Source of the DNA: Octopus vulgaris
Taxonomy: Eukaryota
Direction: 5' to 3'
DNA length: 64,000 bases
Assembly (NCBI GenBank): GCA_951406725.2
Contig: OX597827.1
Span: 77,872,001 to 77,936,000, forward strand
Positions within the stretch are counted from its first letter, which is position 1, and each line of letters begins with the position of its first letter. Both the position numbers and the translations under genes were made by a program. The notes beneath the pieces are model-generated. The model did not search any database. It saw only the letters and a program-made list of their open reading frames with translations, and had not been told where the DNA came from. This document shows, one piece after another, positions 13,090 to 27,127 of the stretch.

Positions 13090-13800
13090 TAGCAAGAAAA
13101 CAGACAAATTTTGAGTTTTAGTATAATACAGATAACAATTTAGTATAATATAGATAATGATAATCATTAACAGTCCGCATGGAGGTTCCATGACCAATTT
13201 TATGTCTTCCATAAACATTTCCCCTACTTGACAATAACATCCTGTCCTTTCCTTTATGATTCTTAGATTAATTTCTTGGATAATCTTGCCGTATTCTCTT
13301 TGGTCGTATTTTCCCATTCTAACCCGTTTCCTCATTTCTGGCTTGTGCAAAATATTCTTGCCCCTTACCTATCATCATCGTTAATATTTTGCCTCCTTTC
13401 TTCATTAATAATTCTCATTCTTTCCCTTTTCGCTTCAGCTTCTTCGTTCATCAGACGATCACCTCCTAAGCTTTATTTCTTGCATTAATCAATCTCGTTT
13501 TTTTCCCTCCTTTCTCTTCTCCTTTCTTCATCCCTAATTCCTGTCTCCTTCCTTTGCCTTTATACCCCAATCTTTTTTCTGTATCTTCTCGGCTTCTCTC
13601 GATTCACTTCTCTCTGTCCTGCTCTCTGATCATTGTCCACCATAACACACCAAACACCATTTCACTGATAAATTCGCTTGACAAGCACATGATATTATAC
13701 AGTTGACAACACCCATATCCAGTATATACGGTTACATATCTTTTACAAAGAAAGCTAAGAACATAGTCAGGAAAAAAACTCCATATCTATGTGCACACAA

Positions 13801-13863
<63 letters not shown>

Positions 13864-13938
13864 TCACACACACCTTTGAATACTAATGGCAGCTGAACAT
13901 CTACACACACACACTCACTCTTTCCTACACGACCTATT

Positions 13939-13981
<43 letters not shown>

Positions 13982-14458
13982 GTAGCTTTTGTTTGGCTTT
14001 GTCTATTGCACACTCACATTTACCATCCCCTTCCCACAGCACAACTGATACTTTACACCACAGGAAACTGTTGTTAGCACTTTGATAAAACAAATAACAA
14101 TAATAATGTAAAGGGAGGTGTTCAGCCTCCGCCCCGCCCCCCTCTCTCTACACCTGCTCATCCTTTCCACAAAAGATGACAACAAATCAGGGGTCAGTGT
14201 CAATAGCAATTCCTCTCACTCCGATCCTTTTATTTCTTTTCTCCCACAAACTGTAGAACTGCTTGTCAGGGGCCAGGTGTGTCATGCACCAGTTCTGCTC
14301 AGCTCTTTGCCCTGTTCTCATTCATAAAAAACCCAATCACATACTTCTAAATGTTCTACACCTGTCAGTCAGCGGTGGGTGCTCACTCACCTCCCGTCTC
14401 ATGGTGAGATGAGCTTCTCTTTCAAGGGTTTAGAAAATTTCTCTTCATGTTTTGTTTA

Positions 14459-14873
14459 GGCGCAGGAGTGGCTGTGTGGTAAGTAGCTTGTTTACCAACC
14501 ACATGGTTCCGGGTTCAGTCCCACTGCGTGGTATCTTGGGCAAGTGTCTTCTGCTATAGCCCCGGGCCGACCAATGCCTTGTGAGTGGATTTGGTAGACG
14601 GAAACTGAAAGAAACCTGTCGTATATATGTATATATATGTATATATGTATGTGTGTGTATATGTTTGTGTGTCTGTGTTTGTCCCCCAAGCATTGCTTGA
14701 CAACCGATGCTGGTGTGTTTACGTCCCCGTCACTTAGCGGTTCGGCAAAAGAGAATGATAGAATATGTACTGGGCTTACAAAGAATAAGTCCTGGGGTCG
14801 ATTTGCTCGACTAAAGGCGGTGCTCCAGCATGGCCGCAGTCAAATGACTGAAACAAGTAAAAGAGTAAAGAGT
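14459..14873 (+). mobile_element. tRNA-derived SINE, family A, full length
   Basis: GGCGCAGGAGTGGCTGTGTGGTAAG head, B box GGGTTCAGTCCC, internal TA/TG tract and AAGAGTA tail repeats. Confidence 0.9.
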
Positions 14874-15058
14874 AATTTAGTTAAGTAACTTCGTTATCAT
14901 TAAGCTAGTGTTAGGGACATGAATTGTGACTAATGTTTGGTGGAAGATTTTAATTCAAAACTTATGAAAACAAGACATTTGTACTACATAGCCAGAGCAG
15001 GTTTCAGCTGGGTTGGTATCAAAAGGGTTAAGAATTGTTTCTCTATTATATATTTTAA

Positions 15059-15280
15059 CCCTTTTGTTACCATATTTCTGTTGTGATGTTCTGTGTTTCT
15101 TTCAATTAATTTTAAATATAACAAAGAGTTTAGTAAAATAACTTAGTTATCATTAAGCTAGTGTTAGGAACATAAATTGTGACTAAGGTTTGGTGGAAGA
15201 TTTTAATTCAGAACTTTTGAAAACAAGACATTTGTACTACAGAGCCAGAACCGGTTTCGGCCGGGTTGGTATCAAAAGGG
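15059..15280. mobile_element. piggyBac-type non-autonomous MITE
   Basis: TTAA TSD at 15055-15058 and 15281-15284. 14-bp TIR CCCTTTTG(T/A)TACCA. A partial second copy lies at 14874-15027. Confidence 0.88.
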
Positions 15281-15814
15281 TTAATAATCATAATAACCCT
15301 TTCTACTACAGGCACAAGGCCAGCAATGTTGGTGGAGGGGGATAGTCAATTATATTGACCCCAGTGCTCAACCAGTCCTTATTCCATTGACCCTGAATGG
15401 ATAAAAGACAAAGTCAACCTCAGCAGTTGAAATGGCAACCAAACATTTCTCTCTTCTCAAGAACCTGATTTTCTTTTCTGTAGAATCAAAAAACTGGGTT
15501 TGAGCTGCAAGAATGCTATTACTAACATTAGCAGTTCTTCTTCTTCTTCTTCTTCTTCTTCTTCTTCTTCCTCCTCCTCCTTTTCTTCCTCTTCATCATC
15601 ACCATCACCACCATCATCATCATCTAACATCTGCTTCCCACGTTGGCTTGGGTCAGACTGTTTGACTGGAACTGGTAGACCAGAGAAGCTTCAACAGGTT
15701 CCAGCCTGTTTTCACTTGGCTCCTATGGCTGGATGCCCCACTTAATGCCAATTAAATTTTGAATTAATAAATATATACATTATTTACATTTCACGGATAT
15801 TTGTCGTCATCTTG

Positions 15815-16210
15815 GTAGGCATTAGGAAAGGCATCCAGCTGTAGGAACCTTGCCAGATCAGACTGAAGCCTGGTGCAGCCTCCTGACTTTCCAGGCCTCA
15901 GTCAAACCTATTTCTTTATTACCCACAAGGGGCTAAACACAGAGGGGACAAACAAGGACAGACATAGGTATTAAGTCGATTACATCGACCCCAGTGCGTA
16001 ACTGGTACTTAATTTATCGACCCTGAAAGAATGAAAGGCAAAGTCGACCTCGGCGGAATTTGAACTCACAACGTAACGCAGACGAAATACCGCTAAGCAT
16101 TTCGCCCGGCGTGCTAACGTTTCTGCCAGCTCGCCACCTTTCCCAGGCCTCAGTCAAACCATCCAACCATTGCCAGCATGGAAAACGGACATTAAACGAT
16201 GATGATGATG
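15815..16210 (+). mobile_element. Family C retroposon with (GAT)n tail, split by a SINE B insertion
   Basis: 3' end TGCCAGCATGGAAAACGGACATTAAACGATGATGAT is shared by more than 10 copies. The tail is reminiscent of RTE-mobilised elements (inference). Confidence 0.75.
15909..16140 (-). mobile_element. tRNA-derived SINE, family B, with 18-bp TSD
   Basis: TSD CCAGGCCTCAGTCAAACC at 15891-15908 and 16143-16160. Close copies at 16886, 34533 and 56115. Confidence 0.92.
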
Positions 16211-16290
16211 GTGTTTGTGGTGGTGGTGATGGTGATGATGATGATGGTGGTGGTGGTGGTTTTGGTGGTGGTGGTGATGATGACGATGAC

Positions 16291-16321
<31 letters not shown>

Positions 16322-16885
16322 ATGGTGATGATGATGATGATGGTGGTAAGGTGGTTTTGATGGTGGTGGTAGTGGTGATGATGACGATGATGATGATGAT
16401 GATGGTGGTGATGGTGATGATGATGATGATGATGATGGTGGTGGTAGTGGTGGTGATGATGATGCAAATGTATCGTTACTATTATGCAGAAGTGTTGTAA
16501 GTCCAAAATGTTGCTTTTCCAGAAAACAAAAAAAATAGTTCCACCATTCCATTCCTTTTTACATTAACAACAATTTCTGCTAAACAATAATACTTTGTTG
16601 GGTTCGTAAAATCGTAAACTCCAAGCATGTTTGATATTTTCAGTCAGAAATATTTTTGCAAAACTGTTGTATGTGGGACTTACTACACTTTTGAAAAATG
16701 CTAAACCATTGTATTACACTTTGACAATTTTTGATATCTTGGCATCTGAAGGAGCTGGAGATACGATAGTTTGACCAAAAGAACCAGTTATTGCTAGGAA
16801 AATTTAATATTGAAAAAAAAATGCATTTCGCCAAATTTGGACATACAACAATTTAACATAATAGCAACGACATATATATATATTT

Positions 16886-17117
16886 AAGGCGGCAAGCTGG
16901 CAGAAACATTAGCATGCCGGGCGAAATGCGTTGCCGTATTTCGTCTGCTGTTACGTTCCGAGTTCAAATTCCTCCGAGGTCGACTTTGCCTTTCATCCTT
17001 CCGGGGTCGATAAATTAAGTACCAGTTATGCATTGGGGTCGATGTAATCAAATTAATCTCTTTGTCTGTCCTTGTTTGTCCCCTCTATGTTTAGCCCCTT
17101 GTGGACAATAAAGAAAC
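16886..17117 (+). mobile_element. tRNA-derived SINE, family B
   Basis: AAGGCGGCAAGCTGGCAGAA head, B box GAGTTCAAATTC and the family core. Confidence 0.88.
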
Positions 17118-17202
17118 ATATATATATATATATAGATAGATATAGATATATACACACACACACACACATATGTGTGTGTGTGCTCTCTCTCTCTATATAT
17201 AT

Positions 17203-17246
<44 letters not shown>

Positions 17247-17414
17247 ACACATACAGTCTTGATAAATGCTAAGGCATGAAACTCGCAGTCCTTGAGACAC
17301 TATAACATTTATTGATTGATATTAATCAATCAGTCAATATACATACATACATACATACATACATGTATATACATTTATATATATATACCTGTATATATAT
17401 ATATATATATATAC

Positions 17415-17458
<44 letters not shown>

Positions 17459-17459
17459 G

Positions 17460-17494
<35 letters not shown>

Positions 17495-18012
17495 CTACAC
17501 ATGTATATGTGCATGTCTATACCAATGAACGGGGCGAATGAAGATTACACATGCTTAGATATGTGATTGATTGTGCTACGTGTGTCTTCCATATGTGTGT
17601 GCAAATACGATGGTCAGGGAAAAAAACTGCGATTTATTTTGTAATTGGGTGAGGGAGAGAAAGAGAGAAGCAGTGAAAGATAGAGAGAGAGGAAAGAGAA
17701 AGAGAGGAAAAGAGTAGTAGTAGTAGTAGAGGGGGACTGAGGTGTATGCATGTTGTCTGAGGAGAGAGAGAGAGAAGGAGAGTGTGTAGGGAGGAGAGGC
17801 CTAGGCCTATGACATATTGATCATTGGATGAGTGTACGTGAGAGGGAGAGTGAAAGAGAGGCCTAAGGCGTATAGAGTCATGTGTGTGTGTGTGTGTGTA
17901 TGAAAACTTTGTATGCATGCATGCACATATGTCTCTGTATTACAGGGATATATGCATATATATATGTGCATATGTGTGTGTGTGAATGTGTATATGTGTG
18001 TATTCATACATG

Positions 18013-18052
<40 letters not shown>

Positions 18053-18080
18053 TATATCAATAATATATTACACTTACATG

Positions 18081-18172
<92 letters not shown>

Positions 18173-18204
18173 ATGTATATATATATATATGTATATATAT
18201 ATAT

Positions 18205-18377
<173 letters not shown>

Positions 18378-19259
18378 CACATATATATATATACATATAT
18401 ATATATACATATATATATACACACACACATATATATATATATATATAAATGTATATATATATACATATACACACAGACACATACACATACACAAATGTGC
18501 ACACACACACACACACACACACCATGACACGCCACACCACACCCCATCGCACACACGCACGCACACTTATCTCAGTGATGCGGTGCTAGTTACCAGACCA
18601 AAATTGTGGGAGAGCAGATGATGAAAGAGGAGGAGGAGGAGAAGGAGGAAGAGGGGGAGGAGGAGGACGAGGAGGGGAAGGAGGGGAAAAAAAGAAGAAG
18701 GAGAAGGAGAAGAAGGATAAGGAAAAGAAGAAGAAGAAGTTGGTAACTTGGTCGTTATATAATCTGCTACTTTCCTGACTAAATCATTAACAACAACGGT
18801 TGGCAGGCAGGTTCGTTTGCAGCAATGGCCGATGCCAGTGTTGCCGCCACCTGCACCGGATGCATCCCTGCTTCTAACTGGTGCAGTGGCACATATTTCA
18901 CACAAATGACTCCTCTCTCTCTCCCCCCTTCTCTCTCTCTCTCTCTCTCTTTCTTTCTCTTTTGCTTCAGAGATGAAGGTGTTGCTGGATTCTGCATAAA
19001 TTGTTTCTCTTTTTTCCAATCGGTTTTTTTTTTTATTCTTGCTCGTTTCTTTTTTTTTTGTGTTTGTTTTTGACTCGTACCAAAACAAATTTCTACAGAA
19101 TTTTTACTATTTTCTATTTGTCAGTCCATCCATCCATCCACCCATCCATCCATCCATCCATCCGTCCGTCTGTCTGTCTGTCAGTCTGTTCATCTATGTG
19201 CCTGATCTTCCTTCAAATTCATTTCCTACTCTCTTTTTCACTCTCTCTCTCTTTCTCCT

Positions 19260-19655
<396 letters not shown>

Positions 19656-19990
19656 TGAATGTGCGACATATTTATATATAAACAATTATAAGAAAAAAGT
19701 TGACAAAAACTTCAGTTTAGTCCTGCTTGCCATTCACACACACACACACACACATACATATGTGTATGTTAATTATTCATACCCTACAGTATCATATACC
19801 CAGTTGAGCCAATTGATCTCATACATAGAAGTTTGGAGAGAACCAGTCTTGGCACTCATCAGAATTTCTGAACAGCTGAAATGGATCTCTAACATTCTAT
19901 TGTATAAAATATTAATATAACCACTCAGTATGCAAGAGCCTGGTTTTCCTGACTCGTGGACTCTTAGTTGAGCATACATACATACATGAG

Positions 19991-20109
19991 ATGCTTACTA
20001 CACCAAGGTTTCCCAAGCGATCACCCATCTAAGTACTAATAAGGCTTGATGTTGCTTAACTCTGGTGACCAGAAGAGAACCAATATGTTCAGCATAATAT
20101 GGCCATGGC
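19991..20109 (-). pseudogene. 5S rRNA pseudogene (full length, decayed)
   Basis: Minus strand GGCCATA..GGTTCTC..TCACCAGAGTTAAGCAACATCAAGCC..TTAGTACTTAGATGGGTGATCGCTTGGGAA follows the metazoan 5S consensus with many CpG-type transitions. Solitary copy. Confidence 0.88.
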
Positions 20110-20490
20110 ATTGAGAGACAGAGAGGACTATTAATTCTGGATTATGAATACTCTCTCCTATAATTTTTACCATTAATGCAAACCTAGTGAAATAAATGGT
20201 TAAATTCTTTGAGTAAATGCAAAGAAACAACCTTTTTGCAAAGATCGTAGCAGTAATCAAACAGTGAAACACATACCACGTGGAAGATTGCTATACATAC
20301 ACCATTGGGATGAAAGAACTAGGAGTCAGCTATTACATACACATATACACATGCATATATACATACATACATACATACATACAGACAGACAGACAGAAAT
20401 ACATACATATAGAAATACATACATATAGAAATATATACATACATACATACAGAAATACACACGCATACATACATACATACATACATACAT

Positions 20491-20525
<35 letters not shown>

Positions 20526-23160
20526 TACATACATACATACATACATACATACATACATACAGAAATACACACACACATACATACATACATACATACATAC
20601 ATACAGAAAAAAACACACACACACACATACATACATACATACATATATACAGAAATACATACATACTAGAGCATGTCTAGATATGTAACTTTATGCATGA
20701 GAATACATACATAAAACATACAAAACTGCACATACATGCATACATACATACAAACAAACAAAAATACCATGTTGTTGATGGTGAAATTCCAATGAAAGAG
20801 CCTTGGATCTAGGTTAGAAACCGATTCTTTCTGTATTGGCGAGAAATCTTGAAATAAACTGGACAATAACATAAATATATACAGAAATGCATACATACAT
20901 ACATACACACATACATACACACATACATACACACATGCAAGCATGCATACATATAGAGAGAGAGTATGAGAAGTAACTGAAGTAATATTTAGTAATTTAA
21001 TAAAACAAATCTAATCTAACAACCATCAAACATATTTGTTAACATATTCTCAACAAACTTTCTTATAAGATTATTTCTCTGAATTTGCCTTCAGCTTTAA
21101 TGATTGATTGAATGTGGAACCAGCATCATTGACCTGCCTGCACTAAATGACCCTTGTTCTTTTTGGACATCACCTGGACAATGGCTGCCTTCAGTGAAGC
21201 TACGGTATTGCTCATTCTTTCAACAACACTCTAAATGTACATTATTTATGTTATTTACATTTGACGGATATCCATCAAATGTAAATAATGTAAATAATTC
21301 CTCATCTCTTAAATATAGAACTGGACCCTAAATGTAGTAGTCAATGGGATTTCAAACTAGTGACTCCACAAGTTTGGTGTTACTGGGTTAAGGGGGCTCC
21401 ATAAAAAAGTGCTGAGACTTGTTGAAATCTGTATGGCCTCCTATTGCATACTTCCTCCATTCAGAGCTTAACAACTGTCTCCAGCACTTCAATGTATTCA
21501 GCAGCATAAATTCTAAGATTCTTAGAAAGAAGTGAGGGTTATTTTCCTTCATCAGCACAGAATAATTGTTCAGCTGCCAAATTCCTGTTCGAAATATATA
21601 GTTTTCAAAGTGATGACTAGCCACTGATCTATAAATTTGAAAAGTACTATTTTTAAATCACACAACAAGAGATATTCAGCAACAGCACTTTGGAGTAAAG
21701 ATTGTTTGCCAACATAACATGGCAGATATTGTTTTGAGCTGAATTGGGGTGCTAGGTTCCCTTGTTCAAAAATATAAGGACTTAGATCATGTCATATAGC
21801 CAGCTGGAGACAATGACTCCTGGGGCTAAATTACAGCAACATTCATCCTAAACCAGGACAGCCATGTTATGTTGGTAAACAATCTTTTCATTTCTTGTTT
21901 TAGTCTTCCCTTTAGAATGTATTTATCTATGGCCAGATGCAGGTGTGGGTGTGTGGTTAAGAAGCTTGTATCCGAACTATGTGGTTTCAGGTTCATTCCC
22001 ACTGCACAGCACCTTGTGCAAGTGTCTTCTACTATAGCTCTGGGCCTATCAAAGCTTTGTGAATTGATTTGGTAGATGGAAACTAAAAGAAGCCCATCAT
22101 ACATGTGTATATTTGTGTCTGTGTATGTGTGTGTGTGTGTGTGTACAATTGTGTGTATGTGTGTGTGTACATGTGTGTGTATGCATTCGTTCGTGTGCAT
22201 GTATGTGTGTTGTGTGTGTGTGTGTTTGTGTATGTTGTGTACGTGCGTGTGTTTGTTCACACATGTGTATGTGTGCGTGTTTGTTTGTATGTGTGCGTGT
22301 GTGTGTTTGTGTGTGTATGTGTGTGTGTGTGTACCGTTGTCTTGACATCAGGGGACTTAGATTGCAAATGTGAGTCATCATAATGTGATGCTCCTATCTT
22401 TCCTGTTTTTCTTGCAAAATATGTCTGACCAGCCATGGTGGGAATATTAGCTTCCCCGGAAGCAACAGATGAGGGTTGGTGACAGTAACGGACGTCCAGA
22501 CATGGGAAATTGGCCTCAGCAAATTCTGCCTCCCTCATGCAAACACAGAAAAGTGGTCGTTAAAAAAACGATGACGATGATGATGATGATAATGATGAAG
22601 ACAATGAAAGATGCTGATGGTGATGATGATGACAATGAGGGTGAAGAGGAAGATGATGACAACGACAATTACAACAATGATGATAACAATGATGATGATG
22701 ATGATGATGTCGACGATGATGACACTGACAATGATGACAAGAAATCTTCGCCCATCTGAGAGACAAACCCTGTTTTAATCCTGCTCCCAATCCAGACCAG
22801 GCCCATGTCTACCAGAATCTCCGTCACGCTCTTCAACCAAGTCTTTACAGGTCCCTCTCATCCCTTATGTCCCTATTCTCTGGCTTCCCTTTCAAGACTG
22901 CCTCTCACTAGTCCCTTCATCACCACACATTGCACAATTTGGCAGCATTTGTTCCAGATCTCTACACACTGAGTTCAAATCCTGTTGAGGACAACATTGC
23001 CTTTTGACACATCAAGAGGTGGGGGGGTCACTAAAATAAAACCAGATCAGTGGATTAGTAGAAATATCAGGGTGACGAGCAGAGGTGCCTTGTGGTGTTT
23101 GTTTCTGTCTTTTGTGTCATGAGTTCTTGGGAGGTATACTTGGGTACACTTAATCCCACC

Positions 23161-23340
23161 ATAATCAACTCTGCTGTCACCCAGTTTAACTCCAGCACTT
23201 GGTCCCTGGGTAGCTTTCGTGGAGTTCCCTCTCTTGCCACCCAGTTTAACTCCACCACCAGGTACTTGGGTAACTTTAATCGAGTTCCCTCGTTGTCATG
23301 CAGTTTAATGACCCCCATCTGGTCCTTAGATACTTTAGTA
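23161..23340. repeat. Diverged 60-bp tandem repeat, three units
   Basis: CAGTTTAA and GGT(A/C)C(C/T)T recur at about 60-nt period, and GAGTTCCCTC recurs in two units. Confidence 0.8.
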
Positions 23341-24360
23341 AGGTCCACTCTCTTGCAGGCATTTGGGGCAAGTCTCTATTTGAGGATACCCACTCCCTCC
23401 CAGCATCCATCCTCAGAAGCCCTGTCAGGGGTCAGGGATGATGCCTCTCCCTCTCTGATAAAACAGAAAAACAAAAACAAAATACCTAACAGACCGAGCA
23501 GTTGAATAAAGAAAGATCAATAAAATACCAGAGTCAGGCAATTACTGAGATTAACAGGATTGGACAAACTCTTGATGGCAGTGCTCCAGTATGGTCGCTG
23601 TCCATTGAGTGAAACTAGGAAATCATGGAAAAAATAAGGTACATTAACACTATGAAACACATGCACATACGTATACATATATATATATACACACCCAAAG
23701 ACATATACACACACACACATATCAAGACACACACACATACACACACACACACACATGCACACGTATATTCATACACCTACATATACACTCACTCAAAGAT
23801 ATACACACACATTCACAAATAGATACACACGCATACACACTCACACATACAGATTCAGACATACATACATACACACATACATACATACATACATACATAC
23901 ATACATACACTCAAATCCATATATACACAACGATACTCAAATATACACATTTGCACGCACATATGTTCTCTGAAAGACACACACACAAACACACACATAT
24001 ACATACATACATACATACACACGCATGCACACACACACACATACATACACACATTTACACACCATCTGTGTTCTGGAATATCTCTACACAAAGCTGAACA
24101 CATGACTGCAAGGAATTTCCAAGGTTCTAATTATGTTAATGACACTCGTTACGCTTGAGTGAATGGAATGCACTGCTTCTTGCACTGTAGCGACGCACAG
24201 ACAGACTTCTACATCTGTTTGTCTATTGATCTGCTAATCTAGAGAGAGAGCTTATATCTACAGGGCAGAACTCGGAAATGTGTGTGTGTGCGTACTTGGA
24301 GAGAAGCTGCGTATGTATGTGTGGGTAGGTGTGCTTGTATGCATGGATATATTTATATAT

Positions 24361-24401
<41 letters not shown>

Positions 24402-24422
24402 TATGTATGCATGAATGTATTT

Positions 24423-24473
<51 letters not shown>

Positions 24474-24507
24474 TATTAATCAATCAATCAATTTATCTGT
24501 CTATCTA

Positions 24508-24556
<49 letters not shown>

Positions 24557-24615
24557 GTCTGTTTATCTGCCTGTCTGTATGTTTGTCTGTCTGCTTGTCT
24601 TTGTCTATCTATCTA

Positions 24616-24656
<41 letters not shown>

Positions 24657-24696
24657 GTGCCTGTCTGTCTGTGTGCCTGTCTGTTTGTCTGTGTGC

Positions 24697-24744
<48 letters not shown>

Positions 24745-25052
24745 ATCTGCATCTATATCCATATATATATATACATATGTTATCAAGAATAAACAGGAAA
24801 AATAGAACTGAGCCCAGTATAAGAGTGTGTAAGCTAGTTTATGTTTTTATAGTTTATTAATTATTAATCAGCTGATTAATATAATATGTACATACACACA
24901 TACAAACACACATATGTATGCATGTATTTATATATATATGTGTGTATCTATATGTGTGTGTGTGTGTATGTACATACATACAGAGAGGGAGAGAGAGACA
25001 ATAGACAGGTATAAATGCATATATAGATGTATGAGTATATATCTGCACATGC

Positions 25053-25102
<50 letters not shown>

Positions 25103-26080
25103 CTTGATGAGCTGGCAGAACTGTTAGAACACTGGACAAATTGCTAAATGCCCTTTCTTCGGCTCTTTACGTTTTGAGTTCAAATCCTGCCAAAGTCCAT
25201 TTCGATTTTCAACGTTTCAAGGTGGATAAAATAAAACATTGATGTTGATGTATTCAAGTTGTCCCCTTCCCTCAAAATTGCTGCTATTGGATCCAGCCAC
25301 AGACAGGTGTGTATACACCTGTATATGCATGGCTTAGTGGCTAGGGTGTTGCTCTCACAATTGCAAGATCATAGGTTCAATTCCCAGAACAGGTGTTTAG
25401 TTGTGCTCTTGAGCAAAACACTTAATTTCACGTTGTTCTGCGGTCATTTCGTCATCTGACACATGTGGCACTCAGTTGCACCTGTACAGGTAATGTCAAA
25501 TTGATGGAGCGAGTTAGCTTACGTGAACACAAACATTTGATCATTATAAACAAATCGTCTTTGTAGTTGTGCAGCAAAAAACTGCAGGTCCATCATATAT
25601 TGGTTTTCACAGACAGGAGAGTCTGTGATATATATATACATCATCATCATCTTTGTCATCATCATCATCATCTTTGTCTTTGTCATCATCATCAACATCA
25701 TCTTTGTCATCATTTAACATCTGCTCTCCAGGCTGGCATGGGTTAGACAGTTTCACTGGAGCTGATGATCCGGAGACCTGCACCAGGTTCCAGACTGATT
25801 TGGCACAGTTTCTCCAGCTGGATGCCCTTCCTAATGCCAACCACTCCAGGAGCGTAACCGGTGCTTTTAAGTGTCAATGGTATGGGTGCCATCTACATGA
25901 CACCAGCAATGACCATGGCTACGATTCACAGGTGGGTGCCATTTACCTGGCACTGATAACGACTCTGGTTATAATGCACCATCTACATGGCACCCACCTT
26001 GCACAGACTTTATGGAAGCCAAGCTCATCATGGATAATTTGATAGGCAGAACCATGACTAATCTGCAGAGAATGAGCTCT

Positions 26081-26378
26081 TCTTCCTTCTTGAGCCATGC
26101 CTGGCTCATAAGGGCCGGTTTCCCAGTTTCCTTGGCACATAGGTTCCGCACCTGGATGGGATGCCAATCCATCGCAGGTGAGCTACAAGATGCAGGAGGA
26201 AAGAGTGAGAGAAAGTTGTGGCGAAAGAGTCAACAGAAGTTCACCATTACCTTCTGCTGGAACCACATGGAGCTTAGGTGTTTCGCTCATAAACACACAC
26301 ATCAACGGGTCTGAGATTTGAACCCATGGTCCCTCGACCACAAGTCCGCTGCTCTAACCACTAGGCCATGTGCCTCCA
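26081..26378 (-). mobile_element. tRNA-derived SINE (D-related) with 15-bp TSD
   Basis: TSD CAGAGAATGAGCTCT at 26066-26080 and 26379-26393. Head GTGGAGGCACATGGCCTAGTGG. Confidence 0.9.
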
Positions 26379-26519
26379 CAGAGAATGAGCTCTCATCAAC
26401 GATAACTCGCCGGATCACCATTCCCATCTTTTGAGCTTACTGAATCTTCTCATCAATGGTGGAGGTTGACAGATGCCCTGCTCCCTCCTCATGCATCATA
26501 CTTGTCCAGCCTCTTTTAA

Positions 26520-27127
26520 CCCTTTAGTATTTGTTTTTGGAAGCACTCCGTCGGTTACGACGACAAGGGTTCCGGTTGATCCGAATCAACGGAACAGCCT
26601 GCTCGTGAAATTAACGTGTAAGTGGCTGAGCACTCCACAGACACATGCACCCTTAACGTAGTTCTCGGGGATATTCAGCGTGACACAGAGAGTGACAAGG
26701 CCGGCCCCTTGAAGTACAGGTACAACAGAAACAGGAAGTAAGAGTGAGAGAAAGATTGTGGTGAAAGAGTACAGCAGGGATCACCACCATCCCCTGCCGG
26801 AGCCTTGTGGAGCTTTAGGTGTTTTCGCTCAATAAACACTCACAACGCCCGGTCTGGGAATCGAAACCGCGAGTCCGCTGCCCTAACCACTGGGCCATTG
26901 CGCCTCCACCCTTTAGTATTTAAACCGGCCATATCTGGCCAAAATATTTAATCTGTTTTATGTTCAAACTGACCAGATCCAGGCCCTCACATCTACCCTA
27001 CAATGTTATTCTACATTAAGTAATTACACCATCAAGATCTTGAAGATATGAGATAATGCATGATTAATTCAAATCAATGAGAATCAATAAGCATTATGTT
27101 TGATAGAATAATCTGAACACTAAAGGG
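26520..27127. mobile_element. piggyBac-type MITE inserted in the mariner, itself carrying a SINE
   Basis: TTAA-CCCTTTAG ... CTAAAGGG-TTAA termini. Confidence 0.85.
26533..26909 (-). mobile_element. tRNA-derived SINE, family D, with 14-bp TSD
   Basis: TSD ACCCTTTAGTATTT at 26519-26532 and 26908-26921. Confidence 0.92.

Larger units (their letters stand above)
11651..13640 (-). mobile_element. Degenerate, internally deleted Helitron (Rep-domain pseudogene)
   Basis: Minus-strand peptides NKWAVRYN, KYVIKYILKGNDQA, YIGPSEAVASILGFSIHERAPVIVRLQVQLP, AKTLLYAEVPVYF and GELYYLRIL match Helitron Rep motifs. A 3' hairpin ACCCAAC..GTCGGGT is followed by CTTG|T at 11651. The 5' boundary is uncertain. Confidence 0.8.

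Noticed and set aside
14129-14141. GC-box pair CCGCCCCGCCCC as a promoter
   Set aside because: Isolated motif with no CpG-rich context or linked exon evidence.
19991-20109. Functional 5S rRNA gene
   Set aside because: Many helix-disrupting substitutions, no tandem array and no oligo-T terminator.
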